From positions 36,704,001 through 36,768,000 of the forward strand of contig OZ287758.1 in the NCBI GenBank assembly GCA_965649765.1: DNA of 64,000 nt, read 5' to 3'. Under the pieces are notes generated by a model. It was not told the origin of the DNA. It saw nothing but the letters and a program-made list of their open reading frames with translations, and did not search any database. How positions within the stretch are numbered: position 1 is the first letter of the stretch; the number at the start of each line of letters is the position of its first letter. This DNA is from Bispira polyomma (Eukaryota). Positions 53,655 through 64,000 of this stretch are shown here, piece after piece. A program made the position numbers and the translations under genes.

Positions 53655-53787
53655 CATTTGTTCAATAAAAGTACAAGGGAAAAAATGCTTGCATACAGCA
53701 TTTGTTCAATAAAAGTACAAGGGAAAAAATGCTTGCATACAGCATTTGTTCAATAAAAGTACAAGGGAAAAAATGCTTGCATACAGC
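53655..53787 (+). repeat. 44-bp tandem repeat x3
   Basis: CATTTGTTCAATAAAAGTACAAGGGAAAAAATGCTTGCATACAG at 53655, 53699 and 53743. Confidence 0.95.
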
Positions 53788-54274
53788 AGACTTCCTATTC
53801 GTATAATCAATGTGTAAATAAAGCCAAATATGATGGGAATCGTGTTGTAAATAAAAATGAATGTGAAAAGGTAAATGAATGCATGGGGAAAACTCGTGTT
53901 CAAGTTTATAGCAAGAAAGTACACAGCCGAGCTCCCCCACGTGTTCATAAATTTAGAAGTGTAAACAATGTTAGTAAAACTTGTGTATCCTCTGTCCCTT
54001 CTGCGCGACTAAAAGTCACAAACTGTGTGTCGGGAAACAAGGCCAGTCCTAAGAATAAAGACACTGGCAGTAAATTGAATCAGAAAAGTACTGAGGACTC
54101 GCGTTGGCACAATAGGTTTCAACCCCTCAACCAAACCATTGTTGCGTTGGGTGACAGCAATGGGGAGGTGGGGGAAAGTAGTAGTAGTATGGTGACCCAT
54201 AGGGGCCCTCAGAAAGTTTTTCCAAAAAGTACCAAACATGATAATGTTCATAATGTTCCTCATGTAAAAAGAAA

Positions 54275-56235
54275 GTGGTAATTGTGCCTGAGGACTCAGT
54301 TGTCCCTCTTGACAAATATGCTCTAGAGAGTAGTAGCAGTATGGTGACCCATGGGGGTCCTCAGAAGAATTTTTCAAAAATTATCAAATGTGACAATGTT
54401 CCAAGTCATGATAATGTCCCCTATGTAAAAACAAAAGTGGCAGTGGTGCCTGAGGACTCAAGTGTCTCTTCTGATAACTATGCCTTAAAGTTCAAGCAAA
54501 AGCGTAATAAGCGAGATTTACTGGTAAAGGCTATAACAAATGACACCCACATGCAATGGAAACAGCAAAACAATGTGGAGTACGGTTTCACACCCCTTAC
54601 CACATTGGGATGTAAAATTTGGGACAATGGATCGACAGATCATGGGCTCGATATATTAGAAATGCATGCCAAACTGAGAAGGGATGGGAGGCCTAATTAC
54701 AAAGGCCTACAACTCGCTGTAAATTCTCAGCTACATGCTGAAAAATGGAAAAAGTATCTCGTTGACTATTGGGACTGGCAGCTGCCGCTGTTGGTAAAGT
54801 ATGGTTTTCCCCTGGACGTGTGTAGGGATGATATTAGTCAGTCAGATAACCCGAATCATAGTTCTGCCGAAAGTTTTCCTGAACACGTACATACATATCT
54901 CAAAGAAGAATGTCAATTTGGTGCTATCTTAGGGCCGTTTGAGGACCCCCCTATTAAAAACCTTCACTGCTCACCTATGATGACGCTTGAAAAATCAAGT
55001 TCTGTGAATAAAAGAGTAATAATCAATTTCAGTTGGCCGCATGGTCGATCAGTAAACGCTAACTCCTATCTTGAAACTGAATTTATCTTGTCATATCCGT
55101 CGATGACGTCACCAGGGAAGTTACTAAGCTGGGTAAGGGATGTCATATCTTTAAATTGGACGTGAGTAGGGCATTCAGGCACGTACCCATAGATCCTGGG
55201 GATATAAATTTAGGTCTAAAATGGAAACAGTACTATATCGATAAATGCCTCCCCTCCAGAATGGCAGTACAATATTTCAGCATTTATCAGACGCGGTTAG
55301 ATTCATAATGAAGACAGAAGGACATAACGTCCACAACTACATAGACGATTTTTTGACCGTTTCGCTCCCTAGTAAGATAGGTGATACTTATGTACGGCTG
55401 CAAGCCCTTTTGCAGGAGCTCGGGCTCACAGTGAGTCGGAAAAAGTTAGTTCCTCCCAGTACCCGGGTAATATGCTTAGGAATACTCATAGACATGGAAA
55501 AGTTTACTACCTCTATTCCCGGTGAGAAAATGGCCGAAATCAGACAAAAATGTGCCATTTGGCAAAATAAGCAGTACTGTACTAAAAAAGAACTTCAGTC
55601 CCTCCTAGGTTCCCTTTTATATGTTACCAAATGCATTAAGCATGCTCGGGTTTTTCTAAACCTTATGTTGCAGTTACTTAGAGATAATAACAGTAAGACT
55701 CGGTTTCGTATCACTGAGGATTTTGGGCGTGATCTCAACTGGTTTAGAACCTTTATGCAACAGTTTAATGGGGTTTCCTTTTCCTCACATAAGACCACAC
55801 ATGCCCAAGTGGAACTAGATTCCTGTTTAACTGGGATGGGGGGGGATCTGTGGCAATGAGGTTTACAAATTACAAATACCTGAACACATGACGACTGATG
55901 ATATTGCCTCTCTTGAAATGGTAAATAATCTGGTGGCATTGAAGCTATGGTTGGGGGTTTGGAGGGGATGCAGAATCCTGTTTAAGTGTGACAATCAGAC
56001 AGTAGTTAGTATTTTAGAAACTGGGCGCACACAAGACCCTCTTCTGGCATGCACCAGGAACATCTACATGTGGGCTAGTAGATTTGATATAGATATCAGA
56101 GTAATACACATATTAGGGGTTAAAAATAAAGTACCAGATCTCCTCTCCCTTTGGGAAAAAACCGGAAATAATGAGTTTCTGCTGGCTCAATGGGCGGACC
56201 TCGTTAAGTGGTTGCGACTCCCTACTGAAAATTGA
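54275..56235 (+). pseudogene. Ngaro RT/RNase H, frameshifted
   Basis: ORFs 54275-55165, 55245-55859 and 55888-56235 join: YGFPLD, NHSSA, GAILGPF, RVIINFSWP, YIDD and RNase H motifs. Confidence 0.9.
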
Positions 56236-56284
56236 TCACACAATATAGTTTTGGCACATGTTTATATAATGAATTGTATTTCAG

Positions 56285-57268
56285 GAATTCATCCACTGGA
56301 TGTCTTGTTTAGAGACAAAGCTTGTAAGAGGTTGCATTCTGCCTTTGCTGAGTTTACAGCCAGAGCTTATGATTCAATGTTCAAACTGTTCCTGGCCTTT
56401 GGGGCTTTCATGGCCAGTTCGTCAGGTGACTGTATTTGCTATTTTGTCATTTCTTAAATTCTTGAACTTTAATCATATGTCAGCATCTGAGATTGCTAAT
56501 CATCTCTCGGCTGTCAAAGCTAAATGCATTCTCTTTCATGTAAATGTGGACTGTTCTTCAGATCCGCGCATATCTTATTATAACAAGGCTCTAGTTCTGA
56601 ACAAACCTTTACAAGCAAAATTAAAAGCAGTATTTGATATTCCTTTATTAACTGCCTTAGTTGCCAAATGTGATAGTACTTATATGGGCCAAATTTTTAA
56701 GGCCGTTTACCTCACTAGTTTTTTCAGTTTTCTTAGGCTCTCCAATTTGTGTCCCCACTCTGTGGCGGCGTTCTCCCCACTGAAGCAGTTGGCCAGAGGG
56801 GATGTGCTTTTCAAACTGGGCTATATTACCTTATTAATTAAGTGGTCTAAAACCATGCAGACTAATAATCAGATTAAACTGTTGAATATTCCTGTTTTGC
56901 AAAATTCCAGTCTGTGTCCTGTATCAGCTTTGAAGAATGCCTTGGCTTTTACCCCCTCTGGCTCCAATGCTCCTCTCTTTCAGTATAGGCTAGGTGGCTC
57001 CTGGATTCCTTTGACGGACACGAGGGTACAACGCCACCTGAAAAACGTTCTGCAACTCCTGCTCTGTGGTCATCTCAACCTAACCTTTCATGCATTCCGG
57101 CGTTCAGGTGCCACATTTGCTTTTAACAATAATGTAAACATACAAGACAGACAGCGTCATGGCACTTGGACGTCAGATTGTGTGTGGAGATATATCACTG
57201 ACTCTGCCCAGACTGGTTTTCAGGTGGCCGACTCTTTCAGATCTGCCCTTCAGCCTACTCCTAGGTGA
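56285..57268 (+). CDS. Tyrosine recombinase of the Ngaro element (frameshift near 56415)
   Basis: Catalytic R-K-H-R-(H/W)-Y set: FLRLSN, WSKT, HAFRR, HGTW, WRY; N-terminal part lies in ORF 56251-56457. Confidence 0.9.
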   Translation, partial: EFIHWMSCLETKLVRGCILPLLSLQPELMIQCSNCSWPLGLSWPVRQVTVFAILSFLKFLNFNHMSASEIANHLSAVKAKCILFHVNVDCSSDPRISYYNKALVLNKPLQAKLKAVFDIPLLTALVAKCDSTYMGQIFKAVYLTSFFSFLRLSNLCPHSVAAFSPLKQLARGDVLFKLGYITLLIKWSKTMQTNNQIKLLNIPVLQNSSLCPVSALKNALAFTPSGSNAPLFQYRLGGSWIPLTDTRVQRHLKNVLQLLLCGHLNLTFHAFRRSGATFAFNNNVNIQDRQRHGTWTSDCVWRYITDSAQTGFQVADSFRSALQPTPR

Positions 57269-58209
57269 TTTGGTGTTTGGTGATCTAGCATCTACGGGTC
57301 ACCGGTTAAATAAATATAAATATTAATGTACAATAAATCAAATCTGGACAGTTTACAATTCCCCCTGTCCTTTGGGCATAAGGTCAACTTATATCTCAGC
57401 ACATTATGTACTCTTACATATTCTATTTCAAATCACTTGGCAACCTTTATAGTATGCTGTAAAGTAACATTAAACTCAAGTTAGGGCCACCATTGGGTTC
57501 CCTTAACTTACAGACTAAATCTAATTCAAGGTATGGTTGCTTAAATCTGAAGTTAAACTCAGGGTCACTTAAGGGTGCCCTTAATCCCCATACCTTGCAT
57601 ACCCAGGTTGCTATTCTTAAACTCATGTTAAGGCCAGTGTTAGGCCTTCTTAACTTCTAAATCTAAGGTGACCTTAAGTCAACCTTTCTTTTCAAACTTA
57701 AGGTGATTGTACGTTCACCTCAAACTCGTGCTGAGTTTAAGTTGGCCTTATGCCCTAACCTTAAACTATGAAACTGTACATAACAAACCTGTAGAGCTAA
57801 CAATACTAGAAGTACTAATAAAATATTTTCGCAATTCTTTCACTGTGTTGCTTAAGGACTTGCTATGCTCTGAGAGCTAATCGCCTCAATAACTTTCCTT
57901 GGACCACAGGGAACTGTTAGACATTTTCTCCAGATCACACAAGTTCTTCACAATGGGAGCAAACAGCCCTTTTGAACCTGGACAGTGTGACACATTAGTC
58001 TGTTATTAAATACGGCCATGTTTTTGTTTGAGCCTAAACAGCAGATGACCTTCAAAGGCCAGATGACATAATATTCTGTAAAGATACATTATTATTGACT
58101 GATTTAACTCCCAGTGATTGATAATAATCTAACTTTGTTCCAATATAAAATGCTATTCCATATATTAGATACCTGAAGGGTATAAATATTGCCCCGTTTG
58201 TTGAAGACT

Positions 58210-59010
58210 ACTAAGGCGTACCCAAAGATTAGAGTAATATGTTTGGATAATGGGATACAATGTGCATATAAAGATTTCAAATCATTGCAAACCAAATATA
58301 ACACAAATTCTGTGCACTCTACTCGCCACATTAAAACTAAACCTTGTAATGTGGTTAGAGAACAATTTTGACATGATTAGATGTCTACTCATTGAAGAAA
58401 ATTACCCAAATTTTTGTGGGTATATGTAGTCCAGTCTCCTGTATATATCAGAAACAGACGTTACAGTCTTAGACTTAGAATTACACCATGTAAACAAATA
58501 AAGAGCAAACAGCCAAATCTCAGTAGGATGCATGTAAATAGTAAAAATTGTGTATTTCTATTCTTACGATAAAAGATGTCCAGCAAACATTGTGTATTAC
58601 CAGACAACATATCAATTAGAGAAGTATTTTGTGTCAGTTTCAGTTATATTCTGTAGAAGGCATTGACTATGAATACCCAGAGGATTTCTAAAATTAGTCT
58701 TCATGTGACAAATCTCCTAGCAATGAAATCAAAATTGAAGAAAGTATGAGTAACGATAAGCTGCTGAAAGGTGAACATACTGAGAATATGTATTCCCTGT
58801 GACAAAATGTGACAAAACAAAAATACCTTGTGTATACCTTTAGGATTATGTAACCTCAGTTTAAACAAATAAGCTTAATCTTGATCATTGTTACAGAATG
58901 ATTGGTGTCCTAGAAACATATGATATTTCTTCATATAAACAAAAACTCTCGTAAGTGCCAGCAAGCTATGCATAAGGAATTCACTGCATTATGTGAGAAC
59001 AAACTTTTGC
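58210..59010 (+). mobile_element. Ty1/Copia remnant (copy B)
   Basis: Paralog of 37120-37680; retains ~240 bp more internal sequence. Confidence 0.75.
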
Positions 59011-59025
59011 ATGCAATAGATTCTC

Positions 59026-59510
59026 TGTGTCTTCAAAATGTGAAACCTAATATGGGATTCACTTGCACCATGTCAATTGATACGACAAAGATGGCCATCT
59101 AATTACAGACTTAATTATATTCACAGACCACACCTCTAGCTTGATATGCAGCTAGATGCAATAAAGAATGCCACAATATGGCACAAGATCAAACAAAACT
59201 GTACCTTGTTACGTCACAATATTGACCTGAAAACAGAAACAGATGAGCAAAAGATGCAGTCGGTATACAGATTTATGAAACATCTAGATGTTCCAAACAT
59301 TAACAAAGCATTTTGGTTCAAGTAGTACTACTTCATCTATGGTGCCTCCACAAGTGTATTCGGCAATGACTTAGAGATAGCCATTGTTAAGAATAGACCT
59401 GTGCCACAGCCAAGACCTACCACTGTGAGCCCACTTTTATAGCCAATCCCCATGCTAAATATGAGTATTAAATGCTCTTACATTTGATGTTTTGGAGGGT
59501 GGCCAGTCTG
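59026..59510 (+). pseudogene. Carotenoid oxygenase pseudogene fragment (copy B)
   Basis: Paralog of 37692-38170, similar to 29965-30540. Confidence 0.85.
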
Positions 59511-60222
59511 ATACATTAGAATTTTTAAATATTGTCAAGTTTCGTGAATTTGTAGTAAGTTAACATGAAGTTTTCATCATTAGTGTCCTTGTTCATTCAT
59601 TTGATGTTGCATACATAACATAAATTGTCAGACCATAAATGTGCTACCAGGCATTTCAGAGAAAAGAGAGGAAGATTTCTACTGTTTATTTACAATAATC
59701 TTCAAGTATACTGTGTAGACCATTAAATATAAAAATATTATTGCAAAAGTTTAAACAAGGTATTTTCACATAAAAATATATAATGAATGTAATTACAAGC
59801 AACTTGCACTTTTAATAACTCAAATAAAATATTATAGCCCATTGGATGTGAAATTAATTAAAATTTAATCTCACTTATGTGAAAGCAAAACCGTAAAAGC
59901 TACAATTTAACTTAATGCCAAGTATCACTGACATTGTGTTTGAAATAGTCGTTCAGCCAGAGATTGATATACATCTTCTCAGGTGTTTGCTGTGTGAGGA
60001 AGGAATACTTCTAATACAAGAAAAATGTTGTAACTAGTGAAACTAGCTAGTATAAGAGGATTAGCTCAGTTTTAACTGGATTAAACATAGCATTTTAAGT
60101 CTAAACAGTATGTAAGAAGCATCAGACAGGCCAGCATCACAACCTTTTGCATACAAAGTAGATCCGAGTGTCATCAGCATAACGGTGATGTGTGACGTAC
60201 AATTTGATGAAAGAACTGAGGG

Positions 60223-63200
60223 GTCCACTTTTAACAAGAGTAAATCCTCTGGTCCCACAAAGAAGTTTTATCCTGAAGTAGGAAAGAACCTAGAAAATGT
60301 AGCTCCAGAAAAGAGTTCAGATAAGTTTCAAACAACAAATCAGACAATGAGTAAGAATAGGAAACCTAGGTCCTTTGCTCCTGTGTGCCATTACTCTGAA
60401 AAACCTGGGCATGTTATGTCTGACTGTTGGCTCTTAAAGAAAAGGAGAGAAAAGGAGGCAACTCCTAATGCCTTTATTTCTAGCAAATCTAATTGGCGTT
60501 CAAATCCCAATAGAGCAGAATCTAGTATTGGTTTAATCAAGTCTGAGATTGGGAAGAGTTCAAACCTTTTGCGTCTGAGGGTTCTGTATCCTTAGATAGT
60601 AGTTCCAGTCAAGTTCCCATTAAGATATTAAGAGACACTGGGGCTACTCAGTCACTACATTTAGAAGGTGTATTGCCATTGAGTGTCAGCACTTCTACTG
60701 GTGAGAGTGTTATTGCTCAAGGTATTGAAGGAGGTTGTGTAAACATTCCCCTACATAAGGCCAACTTAGTGTCAGACTTAGTTACTGGTTCTGTTATGGT
60801 GGGTATCAGGCCCACTTTACCCATTAAAGGGGTGTCTTTGCTGTTGGAAAACGATTTGGCAGTTGGCAAGGTGGTTGCTGATCCTAAGGTTACTTCTAAA
60901 CCGATCACTTTGGTTAGCACTGACAAATTAGAGGAGGTTATTCCTGGTATTTTCCTCTCCTGTGCTGTGACTCGAGCTATGGCTAAAAAAGCCCAAGAAG
61001 AACCAAAAGATTTTAAACAATCTACAGGTGTGTACAGAATGTATGAAAAGTTGATTTATCAGATACATTCTTAAACAACTGTGACCATGATGTGCAAAAT
61101 CATAGTGATATTGACCCTAAAGGTAGGGAGGATTCTGAGAAACAAGACTAAATTGATAATCCTGATGTATCACTTTCAAAACCAAATTGATTGTAGAGCA
61201 GGAAAATGACCCTGAATTAGCCCCTCTAATCAAATTGGTGTTACCACCAGTAGAGCTAGATAAGGTCCCAGTGGGCTATTATATCAGAAATGATGTGCTT
61301 ATGCGAAAGTGGAGACCACCAAATGTCCCTACATCTGAGAACTGGTTAATACTACATCAGATTGTAATACCAAAAAATGTACCAAAATGATGAATTGAGG
61401 TTAGCTCATGAGTCTCCAATGGGTGGCCATTTAGGCATCAATAAAACCTATGGCAAAAAAAACAAAAAACATTTCTACTGCTTAAACAATGAGAAAGACT
61501 GGGATGAAGGCATCAACTTATTATTGTTTGCAGTTAGGGAATCAGTGCAAGAGTCTTTAGGCTTTAGTCCCTTTGAGTTGGTGTTTGGTCATTCAGTCCG
61601 TGGTCCTCTCAAGTTGTTGAAAGAAAATTAGTTATCTGAGAACTCTGAGAGCCTAAACCTGTTAGATTATGTCTCAAAGTTTAGGAGTAGGCTGAAAAAG
61701 GCTTGTGAGCTAGCGCAACAAAATTTGGAACATTCTCAGTTAAAAATGAAAATCCTTTATGATAGAAAGTCACAAAACTGTTTTTAAACCGAGAGACAAG
61801 GTTTTAGTGTTATTACCTGTCCAGAAGAACACTTTACAGGCCAGATATCATGGGCCATACAAACTGTTAAAGAGAGTAGGTGATCTGGATTATGTCATTG
61901 AAACCCCGGACAGAAGGAAGTCAACCCAACTGTGTCATGTAAATATGGTAAAACCATACTTTGACAGGGGTGTGATAAAGCCTGTCATGGCTACTGATTG
62001 TAATGTAGAAAATGACAACAATCAGGAGCCTGAAGCATGGGGTGACACTCCTGATGTTAAAGTTAAATGTAAAATCAGGTTGAGAAATTCAGAGATTCTT
62101 GCTGATTTGGAAACCAAACTGAATCATGTACCTCCAGATAATAGGATCCCACTTAGTGAGTTACTCTTGAAGTATATGTCAGTATTTCCTGATGCCCCTA
62201 ACAGGACCAATGTACTCATGCATGATGTTCATGTTGGCAATGCCAATCATGTTAAACAGCACCTGTATCGTGTAAACCCAATCAAACTTGAAAAATTAAG
62301 ACAAGAAGTGCAATACATGTTGGACAAAGATATAATTGAACCAAGTCAAAGTAGTTGAGCATCTCCTTGTGTTTTGGTCCCCAAGCCTGATGGTTCTATC
62401 AGATATTGTACAGACTATAGAAAGGTTAATGTTTTGAGTAAAACCGATTCATTTCCTATCCTAAGAATGGAAGACTGTATTGATCGGATTGGTAAAGCCA
62501 AATATATCACAAATTGTGATTTATTGAATGGTTACTGGTGTGTACCTCTTTTGAAATGGACAAAAGAAATATCAGCATTTGTAACTCCTGATGGTCTGTA
62601 TCAATACAAGGTAATGCCATTTAGCATGAAAAATTCCCAAGCTACATTTCAGAGACTGATGAATACATGTTTGAGGAATTTAGAAGGAGTTGAAGTGTAT
62701 GTGGATGATATTGTCATCTTTAGTGATACTTGGAAAGAACATTTTACAAGTTCTGTTTCGGAAAACCAACCTTACTGTGAATCAATCAAAAGTGACTTTG
62801 TAAAAGCAAAGGTTGTTTACTTAGGGCATGTAGTGGTCATGGAGTTGTGACAGCAATTAAAGCAAAAGTTAAAAGCATCATTGACTATCCCATTCCTAAC
62901 AATAAGAAAAGTTTAATGAGGTTCCTAGGAATGTCAGGTTATTATAGAAAATTTTGTAAAAATTTCTCAGATATCACTACTTTACTGACTGAGCTCTTAA
63001 AAAATGCGTAAAATATCACTGGTCTCAAGCTTGTCAAAAAGTATTTGATAAAGTAAAGAGTGTTCTCTGTTCGAATCCTGTACTAACTGCTCTAAACTTC
63101 AGTAGACCATTCCGGTTAGCTGTGGATGCCAGTGATGTTGGGGCAGGTGCAGTTTTACTGCAGACTGATGATGAAGATATTGAACATCCCATTTGTTATT

Positions 63201-64000
63201 TTTCGAAAAAATTGAACGTACATCAAAAAATTAGTCTACAATAGAAAAGGAATGTTTAGCACTCATTTTTGCCATTAAATATTTTGATATCTATATATCT
63301 TCATCATCAAAACCAGCTATTGTGTACACAGATCACAACCCTTTAGTATTCTTGCAAAAAATGAAAAACAAAAGCAGGCGATTATTGAATTTGAGTTTGG
63401 TTTTGCAAGAATACAGTTTACAAATAGAGCATGTTAAAGGAAAGGATAACATCCAGAAATTGTAATTTCGTATGTTAATAACTTAAAAGTAAACTTGTAA
63501 ATCTTAGATGTTTACTTATAGATATTACTTATGTAATTTAAAATACAATGATCTAAGAAATGTTATTACATAGTATGTATATTCGCTAATGTTTTGTGTA
63601 ATATGAAATTTTGTATCCCCTTTTCTTCCAACATTTTTTTTTAATAGGGGAGGTGTTACATATAAGGACATTGGTGTATGTTAGTGGAGCACTGGTCTAG
63701 TTAGTACTGATGTTTCTTACACTCTGCTAGAGTGATCTATTTATAGATTTGGGAAAACCCCTAAGCTTCTAGAGGCTGGTTCTATTTTATTTTTATTGGA
63801 GTTGTGTTAATACATTTCATTCTGGAACGTTTTAGCAATTGTTGTTTACATTCTCTAGCTGTAGTATATATAAGGGTTGAAAGCCTGGCCACAGACTAGA
63901 GTTTATTGAGTTGGTGTGCTATACAAACTGCTATACTGTAAAACACTTTATTTCTTTTTTGCGGATATAAACTGATTATTATATACGTTTTGTGGTTAAC
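60223..64000 (+). mobile_element. Second Gmr1-type Gypsy copy, 5'-truncated, inverted relative to 43617-50318
   Basis: Begins mid-gag (equivalent to 48338); lacks the integrase core (equivalent to ~47100-46630); RT/RH have stops; PPT then 3' LTR from 63654 (TGTTACATATAAGGACA) running off the window. Confidence 0.95.

Larger units (their letters stand above)
52787..57931 (+). mobile_element. Ngaro-type tyrosine-recombinase retrotransposon (decayed; exact ends uncertain)
   Basis: Gag-like ORF with CKFFQDGSC....H...HIC..CG finger; RT (LDVSRAFRHVPID, NYIDDF); RNase H (LDSCLTGMG, CDNQTVV, GVKNKVPDLLS); no methyltransferase domain; YR with FLRLSNL, HAFRRSGAT, HGTWTSDCVWRY. Segment absent from copy A. 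Confidence 0.9.
52101..60222 (+). repeat. Local segmental duplication, copy B (with extra SINE and Ngaro element)
   Basis: Colinear with 36478-39295 outside 52311-52622 and 52787-57931. Confidence 0.9.

Overview
AT-rich eukaryotic DNA from an invertebrate animal; the SINE type and gene families suggest a mollusc or other lophotrochozoan (inference). Host genes: (i) the first coding exon of a doublecortin-domain (DCDC2-like) gene with an upstream RFX X-box; (ii) a two-exon carotenoid oxygenase (BCO/BCOL-like) gene with a signal-peptide-like N-terminus and one in-frame TAG; (iii) a single-coding-exon GT8 glucoside xylosyltransferase (GXYLT-like) gene with an in-frame TGA inside its probable signal anchor. 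The rest is a dense transposon landscape. It includes a full-length Gmr1-type (IN before RT) Gypsy element with ~98% identical LTRs, a 5-bp TSD and a tRNA-Pro PBS, plus an inverted truncated second copy. It also holds a DIRS1-type element with a methyltransferase domain, an Ngaro-type tyrosine-recombinase element and a deleted derivative, Copia remnants, L2/CR1-type LINE fragments, tRNA-derived SINEs and MITEs. A local duplication (36.5-39.3 kb vs 52.1-60.2 kb) carries a Copia-BCO chimeric pseudogene and gives filled/empty comparisons. The most unusual signals are the apparently secretory carotenoid oxygenase and three arrays of a palindromic TAAGGTNACCTTA motif, two of which lie directly downstream of tyrosine-recombinase coding ends. 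All calls are by eye, with no database searches.
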